From an uncultured virus (IMG/VR IMGVR_UViG_3300033175_000345) (taxonomy: Duplodnaviria; Heunggongvirae; Uroviricota; Caudoviricetes): a DNA stretch of 64,000 nucleotides. Below, one piece after another: positions 56,665 to 64,000 of the stretch. The DNA lies in the IMG/VR virus record IMGVR_UViG_3300033175_000345. One strand, given 5' to 3'. Position numbers and translations under genes: made by a program. The stretch's first letter is position 1, and each line of letters starts with the position of its first letter. The notes under the pieces were generated by a model, which worked only from the letters and a program-made list of their open reading frames with translations, did not search any database and was not told the DNA's origin.

Positions 56665-59574
56665 ATGCTTTCAAGCTGGGTCATCGAAAAATTGGAGGCA
56701 TTGAAGGATGAGCAAATTCTGCTTGTCCAGGATTCGCTTCGTCTTCTTCCTGAAGCCGACGGTGCTGTCCACCGGTTCGCAAACGAGAGCGGCTTCACGG
56801 TAATTATCGCCTCCACAAATCTCGTTTTCAGGGAGCTCTTTGAAAAGGCAACCGTTTCAAAAGAGACAAAGAAGCTGCTCCTTATAGATCGTGCTCCGGC
56901 CCGAAGGAGGGCCCATGCGTCCCTGACAAAAGCGCCTCCCCCCTTCTATCCGGATCTTCTTGCCAGAACAGCGGATACAGCGCGGATCGACATTAGCCTT
57001 CGGCAGTTTCTGATCGAAAAGACCGGGGACCCCAACTGGCCTCAAGAGGCGAATGATCCGCGGTTTGCGAGACTTATCACGGGCTCTATCGACGCTGTGC
57101 TGAAGGCACATGCGAGCCTGCGGGTTGCTCATCCAACCAGGTTCACGGATCACGATTTCAAGACCATTGTTGCCTATTCGGCATTGGGCGTTCCCGAAGC
57201 GGCTTTCAAGCGGCCTGAGGCAAGAATCTACTGGCGTATCGCACTTATCGGGTATCCGGCTCTCGAAGAGCTCGATTCACTTGCCCCGGAAGTGGCGCGT
57301 TCCATCCGTGACGAACTGCGTAGCGCCCCGGCTCCATTCTGCTGGTTTGCAGACTCGCCGCCGGAGCTGATTGTCAGGGCTTTCTATCTCTCGACGATAT
57401 TGTCCCAGCACATTGAGCACTGGAAGCTCCTGCTGACAAGCGTTGATCCGGACCTCAAGGCCTTCAGCGAGATGGATACATCGTTAATTGGCGAGGCCGC
57501 ACCCGAACTTGTGTCGATTGATCCCCATAGGGCTGACCGTGACCTTCTGGAAGTCGAGGCGTCGCTTTCCAAGGACATGCTCAACCTTATCCTTCTCGAC
57601 CAACTGAAACTTATCACGAACGGACGCTTTGCAGAGGTTATCGAGAGCGAGCATTATTCCGTCCTTATTCGTTCCTTGGCCCTTTTAGTTGGTCTGGACA
57701 GTCTACTTTCCGACACCCCGCCCCTCGCTGACCACGAGAAACTATGTCAGGTGCTGTTTGCGGAAGCAGATGGCAAAAAAGACCTGTTTATCGAACAGAG
57801 ACCATCGCAAGCCTGGGAGAACCTAAAGGCGGGATATCGTCTGGTGCGATCAATACGCGACATCCGGGATGCCTTGGATGTCGCCGTCAAGAATCTGAGC
57901 GTGAAACCAGTCTCTGAGTTGACTTTCAAGTGGTTCCGAGCCTTATGGAATGATCGTCGTGTCAACCGCTTGGAGTTCTATCTGTCTGCTCTGGAGCGAC
58001 TGGTGTTTAGTATGGATTTTCTCCCGCGTGCGGCGAACGACCTGCCACCAGCGTTCCTGGCAGCACAGGAACGGATTAGAGAACGCGTAGGCTTGCTGAG
58101 GGACGAGATTCAAAAGACGCTTTCAGTTTTGAATGTCCGATACCAGGAACTGGTGGTCGCACAATACAAATCATGGGTTGCTTCGGATTCACCGGAAGTA
58201 AGGTTGACCAGCCAGTTTTTGCGGCGCTGCGTAAAGCCCAATTGGGACCCACAAAGCGAGAAGGCAGTGGTGTTTGTGTTCGACGGCATGCGTTACGACA
58301 TATGGGACGAGTTGGTCAGGCCCATTTTTGAGGATCGCATGGAGATCATCGCGGATTACCCGGCCACGTCCCTCTTACCTTCAGAAACTCATATCAGCAG
58401 AAAGGCCATTTTTGCGGGGACCTTTCCCGAGTCTTTCGACACTAAACGCGGCGAGGACGCTCTGCTTAAGGAGGCTATGCAACGAGAATTCGGGTATGCC
58501 GGAGATGTTGAAGTCGTGGCCCCCGATGGCATGGGAACAGGCGAGACCGTTCGATATCGCGCAGGCAATATCGATTTTTTCATATTCGAACTTTGTGACA
58601 AGGAGCTCCATAAGATTCCCGTGAAAACGCTCCCCGATGGACGGTGCGTTCCTGGCCGCCCGCTGGCGTTCATCTATCAGCAGCATATCAAGGACATCAT
58701 CGACACCGAGGTTATGGCCATTATTCGTGGCCTAGCACCCGATACCAAGGTGTTTGTAGTTGCCGACCATGGATTTGGAGCTATCGGTCGCGAGCGCATT
58801 CGGATTGACCTTCATTGGCTGAATGAACCGTTTGATTGTTTTTATCTGAACGCATGGCTCAGGCAGACACTCGGCAGCGTGGGCGCGCCTCGAAAGGTGC
58901 GCGATAACGTCTTGGAGTTTCCGGTCGGTGATCTGCGGATGCCTGATTCGGGAGAGGCGTATGACCGAGCCACGAAACAGAGTTGGCAGAAAAAGTTTGA
59001 ATCGATCATTTTTCCCAAAACGGGCTATGCCTTGGCTCGGCCAAAGGCCAACTTCAATCCTGATGCATATTCGCACGGCGGGATTTCGATCCAGGAAATG
59101 CTTGTGCCGATGCTTGCTATGCGAGTGAAAACGCCGGAGGAAGGCTTGCTGGTCCTTGGTTCAATTGCCGGGCCTGCGGAACTCATTGAAGGGGAAGAAG
59201 CCGAGTTTAAGATGCCGGTTGAACTTACCGAATCTCATAAACATAGGGAGCTTCGAATAGAGGTACAAGCCGTCTATCAGAACAAGGAATCAACACCAGC
59301 CCTGTCTTCATTAGTTCAATATGTTGCTGCCGCGGGAGGAGAAGTCGTCTTCCGGTTTGTACCTGATGCGACCGACGCTTCGGACGAAGAACGCAAAACA
59401 GGCATTATGGAGAGGACGCTGAGGATCAGCGTTACCTATCGTGAGGCGCAGCGAATGGTGAGAAAGGCGCGATCCATTCGCTTCTCTATGCGCCTGAATT
59501 CTGAAAAGATCGTCCGCCGCGTACCAGCGCATCTTGGCAAAATACTAGGCTTGACGCCAAGGAGCATGAAGTGA
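56665..59574 (+). CDS. pglZ: PglZ (alkaline-phosphatase superfamily)
   Basis: FDGMRYD, LPSET-x-x-[19 protein letters not shown]. Confidence 0.9.
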   Translation: MLSSWVIEKLEALKDEQILLVQDSLRLLPEADGAVHRFANESGFTVIIASTNLVFRELFEKATVSKETKKLLLIDRAPARRRAHASLTKAPPPFYPDLLARTADTARIDISLRQFLIEKTGDPNWPQEANDPRFARLITGSIDAVLKAHASLRVAHPTRFTDHDFKTIVAYSALGVPEAAFKRPEARIYWRIALIGYPALEELDSLAPEVARSIRDELRSAPAPFCWFADSPPELIVRAFYLSTILSQHIEHWKLLLTSVDPDLKAFSEMDTSLIGEAAPELVSIDPHRADRDLLEVEASLSKDMLNLILLDQLKLITNGRFAEVIESEHYSVLIRSLALLVGLDSLLSDTPPLADHEKLCQVLFAEADGKKDLFIEQRPSQAWENLKAGYRLVRSIRDIRDALDVAVKNLSVKPVSELTFKWFRALWNDRRVNRLEFYLSALERLVFSMDFLPRAANDLPPAFLAAQERIRERVGLLRDEIQKTLSVLNVRYQELVVAQYKSWVASDSPEVRLTSQFLRRCVKPNWDPQSEKAVVFVFDGMRYDIWDELVRPIFEDRMEIIADYPATSLLPSETHISRKAIFAGTFPESFDTKRGEDALLKEAMQREFGYAGDVEVVAPDGMGTGETVRYRAGNIDFFIFELCDKELHKIPVKTLPDGRCVPGRPLAFIYQQHIKDIIDTEVMAIIRGLAPDTKVFVVADHGFGAIGRERIRIDLHWLNEPFDCFYLNAWLRQTLGSVGAPRKVRDNVLEFPVGDLRMPDSGEAYDRATKQSWQKKFESIIFPKTGYALARPKANFNPDAYSHGGISIQEMLVPMLAMRVKTPEEGLLVLGSIAGPAELIEGEEAEFKMPVELTESHKHRELRIEVQAVYQNKESTPALSSLVQYVAAAGGEVVFRFVPDATDASDEERKTGIMERTLRISVTYREAQRMVRKARSIRFSMRLNSEKIVRRVPAHLGKILGLTPRSMK

Positions 59575-59668
59575 TGCCGGATTTCAAAACGTCACCCAAA
59601 TCGACATGCCCGGCATGCTACCGAAAATCGCTCCTGGCGCTTCTTATGTCGTGGGTGGAGGACTGCGG

Positions 59669-61711
59669 ATGAACCTAAAGCTCAAAGAGGTCTTCAGAGG
59701 CAAGGTCGTCAACAAGGCTCATACGATTAACACGGGTGTTGACGAGTTTCCTCGCTATGTTCTGGAGTACCTTATCGACAACTACTGCTCCGAGGATACC
59801 TTCCATGAGGACATGGAAAAGGTCGTCAGAAGGTTGAAAGAGACTTTTGTCTACGGGGCGGAGGCTGAGAAGATCAGGCATTACATCCGGGAAAACCGCA
59901 GCCATTCCGTGATCGCAAGTCTGGAGGCTCGACTGGTAGAAACGGAGGATAAGTATTGGGGGACGATTTCCGCCATCAACGAGAATTTTGTAAACATACC
60001 GGAGAGCATCGTCCGTCAATATCCCATGCTTCTCTCGGGCGGGATGTGGGGCACTATCGACCTGACTTATGACGAGACAGAAATACACAATAAAAAAATC
60101 AGGCCCTTCAAAATCACAGCATTTACGCCCTTTCAGGTGAGCGTTATCAATCTGGATGAGTTCATAGAACGTCGAAGGGAGTTTTCCACTGACGAGTGGA
60201 TCGATGTTTTGGTGAATTCCTGTGGCCTGGACCCGGAGGGGATGACCCGGCGACAGAAGTTGCTCTACCTATGCCGCTGCATTCCCCTCGTGGAAACCAA
60301 CGTCAACATGGTGGAACTCGCACCTCGGGAAACCGGCAAGACGTATCTTTATCGTAATATCTCATATTACGCCCATGTGCTATCTGGCGGCAAAGCAACT
60401 CCAGCCCAGCTTTTCATTAATCTGAATAACGGAAGGATTGGCGAGGTCGGTGTTCGGGATGCCGTTGTGTTCGATGAGATCGCAAATACCGATTTCACGG
60501 ACCCCAGGTCTTTCGTAAGTATTATGCAGGGGTACATGCAAGACGCCAAATTCAGCAGAGGGAAGAAAGAAATTCTTGCCTTCGCCAGTTTGGTGTTCGT
60601 GGGCAACCTGGACGTCCAGGGAGACCTGCCCCACGAGAAATACTATCACCTCTTTGAGCCGCTACCCGATTTCCTGCAGGTGATTGCGTTTTTGGACCGA
60701 ATCCATGGCTACCTGCCTGGTTGGGAAATCCCGAAATTGGCACCCAACAGTTACTCGAAAGATTATGGGTTCATCACGGATTATTTTTGCGAAATCATGC
60801 ACGAGCTCCGGCGCGTTGACCTGCTGGGCGCGGTTCGCTCGCGCTTTGAAGTAGTGGATCACGCTCGAAGGGCGCACGGTGTCTCGGGCCGAGACCAACG
60901 GGCTGTGATGAAGACCACATCGGGATTACTGAAGCTGCTTCATCCTGACGGTCAAGTTTCCGACGAGGGACTTCAAGATATCCTCAGTTTGTCATGCGAA
61001 CTGCGTCAACGGGTACGAGACCAGCTCCATCTGATTGCGCCTGGCGAGTATGACCGTATTTCTTTAGGAGCCCTGATGCGGCCGTCGGGTAAGCAAGTTG
61101 TGCCTGAGCTTCCTGATAGTAATCGTGTTCAGCGAGTTGCACTTCCTGAGAAGCCTTCCGTGGGTGAGGTCATAGGCTTGGCTGTCGAAGGGGACCACGG
61201 TTGCATCTTGCATTTTGAGATGCAGGCGACCAAGGGGTCCGGACGCATTGTGCCGCTCGGATCGATCCAGAGGGTTATGAGGGAAAGCATCGAGGCGGCA
61301 GCTCAATACATCCGTGCGAAGCATGAGGACCTCGGGATAACTGCCGAATGGCGAAAGAGTTTTGATGTTGCGGTCTTGGCGACCTTCATGGGCGTGCCCA
61401 AGGAAGGGTCGTCCGCCGGCATCACAATCGTTGCCGGGATTGTGTCGGCCTTGAAAAAGGTCCCCGTGCGAAATGACCTCGCCATGACCGGGGAGATTAC
61501 GATCATGGGGAAGGTTCTCCCGGTGGGTGGCATTCAACAGAAGGTCAGGGCTGCCTACGATGCCGGAGTCAAGGAGGTTCTTTTGCCTGCTGATAATTTG
61601 AAGGAGGCGGAGGGATTACCCGCCTACGTGCTCGACGGTATCAAGCTGACGCCGGTAAGTAGTATTGACGAGGTGATCGAGATGTCCTTAGTGAACACCA
61701 ATGCGAAATGA
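59669..61711 (+). CDS. brxL: BrxL (MCM-like ATPase plus Lon protease domain)
   Basis: [41 protein letters not shown]; Lon PKEGSSAG and GGIQQK; RBS before ATG 59669. Confidence 0.93.
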   Translation: MNLKLKEVFRGKVVNKAHTINTGVDEFPRYVLEYLIDNYCSEDTFHEDMEKVVRRLKETFVYGAEAEKIRHYIRENRSHSVIASLEARLVETEDKYWGTISAINENFVNIPESIVRQYPMLLSGGMWGTIDLTYDETEIHNKKIRPFKITAFTPFQVSVINLDEFIERRREFSTDEWIDVLVNSCGLDPEGMTRRQKLLYLCRCIPLVETNVNMVELAPRETGKTYLYRNISYYAHVLSGGKATPAQLFINLNNGRIGEVGVRDAVVFDEIANTDFTDPRSFVSIMQGYMQDAKFSRGKKEILAFASLVFVGNLDVQGDLPHEKYYHLFEPLPDFLQVIAFLDRIHGYLPGWEIPKLAPNSYSKDYGFITDYFCEIMHELRRVDLLGAVRSRFEVVDHARRAHGVSGRDQRAVMKTTSGLLKLLHPDGQVSDEGLQDILSLSCELRQRVRDQLHLIAPGEYDRISLGALMRPSGKQVVPELPDSNRVQRVALPEKPSVGEVIGLAVEGDHGCILHFEMQATKGSGRIVPLGSIQRVMRESIEAAAQYIRAKHEDLGITAEWRKSFDVAVLATFMGVPKEGSSAGITIVAGIVSALKKVPVRNDLAMTGEITIMGKVLPVGGIQQKVRAAYDAGVKEVLLPADNLKEAEGLPAYVLDGIKLTPVSSIDEVIEMSLVNTNAK

Positions 61712-61752
61712 ATAAGGGTAGCTATGGAGACACAGTTTGACTGGAGCACAGA

Positions 61753-62700
61753 ATGACTGCTGAGAATCACAATAAACCAGTGCCTCACATGAAAGACCTG
61801 AACTATCCAGGGCTTTTTCAAGGTGCTGATACCGCTGCTGCATCGGCCCAAAAGACCTTTTTCTTGTTACAGCGGATATATCTTGGCTCCCTTATCGTGG
61901 GCGGATTGACTGGCATGCTCACATCATTATTCACAGGCAGTGCACTCATATGGACATATACTGCGATGGCCATAGTTTTGGCCATGGGACTTCTAACGTT
62001 ATGGATTGGTCGCTCTCGTCAAGATGACAATGCTTGGTTCGATTGCCGTGCGATTGCCGAGTCCGTTAAGACGGCAACATGGCGATATATGATGATTGCC
62101 CCTCCTTTCCAAGGCCTAGACTCAATTGATCAGCATTTCATTTCAGAACTGCAGGAAATCAGGAACGCAAGGCCGGAGTGCCAAAAGTATTTGGCAGGGA
62201 TATCTGTCGTCAGCAACCCTGCTATTACTGATTTAATGCGTGAAGTTAGAGGGGATACGTTTGAAAATCGCAAATTGTTCTATATCGAGCAAAGGCTATG
62301 TGACCAAAAGGTCTGGTACTCTCGCAATGCCGAGATGAACGCACGTAGAGGTAATCGATGGTTTTGGGGAACAGCGTGCCTACAATGTGTTGCCGTTGTC
62401 GTGGCCATCGTCCAAGCATCAACAGGAGGGTTGGGATTCAATATGGTCCCGGTGCTTACAACCTGTGCTGCAGTTGTGGCTGCTTGGAGCCAGATGAAGC
62501 GTCACGATGAATTGAAGAAGACATATGCTCTTGCGGCACAGGAACTCAGTGAGTTGGAGGCCATAGCTAGTAATTTGGTCATCGAGAGCGAATTCCCTCA
62601 GCTCGTTGAGCAGGTAGAGGAGGCCATCTCGCGAGAACATACCATGTGGTGTGCTCGTAGGGATGTTCCGCTTCGCAGAGCTGGCTCTGGAGCGCGGTAG
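61753..62700 (+). CDS. Double SLATT (DUF4231-like) membrane effector
   Basis: AD-x-x-A-x-x-AQ, 2 TM, W-x-x-x-RAIAESVKTATWRY; QR-x-x-DQ-x-x-WY, 2 TM, E-x-x-ISREHTMW. Confidence 0.85.
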   Translation: MTAENHNKPVPHMKDLNYPGLFQGADTAAASAQKTFFLLQRIYLGSLIVGGLTGMLTSLFTGSALIWTYTAMAIVLAMGLLTLWIGRSRQDDNAWFDCRAIAESVKTATWRYMMIAPPFQGLDSIDQHFISELQEIRNARPECQKYLAGISVVSNPAITDLMREVRGDTFENRKLFYIEQRLCDQKVWYSRNAEMNARRGNRWFWGTACLQCVAVVVAIVQASTGGLGFNMVPVLTTCAAVVAAWSQMKRHDELKKTYALAAQELSELEAIASNLVIESEFPQLVEQVEEAISREHTMWCARRDVPLRRAGSGAR

Positions 62701-62711
62701 AGGAAAGCGAG

Positions 62712-63683
62712 ATGACAGTTCAAAGAAAACATACACTTGGCTTGGCGGGAACTACAGTACAGTTGCCCTGCTTTTTCCCATCCGTATCGAGTGTTAAAAC
62801 GAATTTGCTGCCAGTTGATTACGTTGAGCTTTTGGCTGCTTCTGCCTATCCCCTGTTCCTTGTTTCTGCATATGACATCGCAAGTTCCGCGCCAGAACAT
62901 CAGGAGCGTATTGATCGTGCCACCAAACAAAGCCGATCTGAGGGATCAGTCGTTTTGCTGGACAGTGGCAATTATGAGAGCTTTTGGAAAGGTGCCCCTG
63001 ATTGGCGGGCGGAGACATTCCATAAAATTTCAAGCACGTATGAGTACGATATAGGCTTTTGTTTTGATAATCAGGTTCCCCCCACCACCGCGAAGGCAAT
63101 TTCTGAAGATGTTGTTAGGGGTGTTCTTCGAGACCAGGAACGCTCATCAAGCACGATAGTGCCAATCGTACATGGCCCCACCGACTTATTGCCCGAGGCC
63201 GCGCAGATGGTTGCAGGGCAGCTTTACCCGGTACTTTTGGCAGTTCCCGAGCGTGCCTTGGGGGATGGCATCTTGGCACGAGCGCGTTCTGTCCGAAAGA
63301 TCCGACAAGCGCTTGATCAATTAGGTTTTTATTGTCCGTTACATCTACTGGGCACAGGGAACCCAATTTCGATAATTGCATACTCAATCGCTGGAGCAGA
63401 TAGTTTCGATGGCCTGGAGTGGTGCCAAACAGTGGTTGATCACGAGACGGCATTCCTATTTCACTTTCAACACTGGGATTTCGTCCGGGGGCAAACTGAT
63501 TGGGGTTCACATGGCACACTGCCGTATATTCAATCTGCACTGATGCATAATCTTGATTTTTATGCCTCTTTCATGCGGAAGCTTCAGGAATCAATAGGAT
63601 GTTGTAATCCTCATGGGATTATGAAGGCTTTCCTTCCTGGGACACGTGGCGAAATTATCCTCAATTCCCTTGAGGGGGTGTGA
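62712..63683 (+). CDS. tRNA-guanine-transglycosylase (TGT)-fold protein
   Basis: LLDSGNY, FCFD, PIVHG, LHLLGTG, GADSFDG, HNL in TGT motif order; no CxCxxC Zn motif. Confidence 0.75.
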   Translation: MTVQRKHTLGLAGTTVQLPCFFPSVSSVKTNLLPVDYVELLAASAYPLFLVSAYDIASSAPEHQERIDRATKQSRSEGSVVLLDSGNYESFWKGAPDWRAETFHKISSTYEYDIGFCFDNQVPPTTAKAISEDVVRGVLRDQERSSSTIVPIVHGPTDLLPEAAQMVAGQLYPVLLAVPERALGDGILARARSVRKIRQALDQLGFYCPLHLLGTGNPISIIAYSIAGADSFDGLEWCQTVVDHETAFLFHFQHWDFVRGQTDWGSHGTLPYIQSALMHNLDFYASFMRKLQESIGCCNPHGIMKAFLPGTRGEIILNSLEGV

Positions 63684-64000
63684 ATAGCAATATGGTGGCT
63701 CAAGTGGTTAATCTTTCTCGACTGGAGAGGGCAATCCAAGAAGTATGTATGTGCCTTAAGGACAAAAGCGAGCAGAGGCTTGAATGGACGACCCTTAGCG
63801 AGGATCAGTTATGGCGTGAGCTTGTAGCTTGCATTTTGGGAAGCCGGGTCCGATATGGTGTTGCCTACTCAGCTATTGAGCGTATGGAAAAGGCCAACTT
63901 GTTATCGCCGAGTCATGCCATCACAAGGCGGCATGAATACGAACAGCATGTCTTAAACATATTGATGGAACAGGGAGGTTCGGAAAATGCCCACGATGTA
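63680..64000 (+). CDS. Partial ORF resembling HhH 8-oxoguanine N-glycosylase/DNA lyase
   Basis: Manual translation (GTG 63680 or ATG 63692) is open to the window end; SEDQLWRELVACILGSRV resembles the E-x-x-L-x-x-EL-x-x-CIL motif of Ogg-type glycosylases. Confidence 0.55.
   Translation, partial: MNSNMVAQVVNLSRLERAIQEVCMCLKDKSEQRLEWTTLSEDQLWRELVACILGSRVRYGVAYSAIERMEKANLLSPSHAITRRHEYEQHVLNILMEQGGSENAHDV

Noticed and set aside
62712..63683. Housekeeping tgt (queuine tRNA-ribosyltransferase)
   Set aside because: Lacks the CxCxxC Zn motif and the canonical N-terminal TPxFMPVGT motif, and sits in a defence island

Overview
The window starts with a tRNA-Asn(GTT) gene (51-126). A ~46.6-kb temperate, non-contractile-tail prophage appears to be integrated at its 3' end, bounded by an exact 12-bp direct repeat (AGCCAATTTAAA at 122-133 and 46704-46715). 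The prophage carries, in order: a DUF2924-like/large serine recombinase module; a LexA-like repressor operon; an ECF-type sigma factor with three matching candidate promoters (CCGAC-N16-CGGTA); a recombination/replication module (PD-(D/E)XK nuclease, Sak4-like ATPase, DUF669-like SSB, ERCC4 nuclease, RecD2, primase-ATPase) with an iteron-rich origin; DNA-modification and packaging genes; and HK97-type head, lysis and tail genes. Two morons have their own promoters (a dynamin-like GTPase and an ABC-F ATPase). Beyond the right repeat lies a defence island. It holds an atypical BREX operon (HTH, RadC-N/BrxA-like fusion, BrxB/F-like, N6/N4 methyltransferase, a tandem-repeat protein that shares the methyltransferase C-terminal domain, BrxC, PglZ, BrxL), followed by a SLATT / TGT-fold / HhH-glycosylase-like module that runs off the window. 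All family assignments come from motif recognition by eye; no database searches were run.
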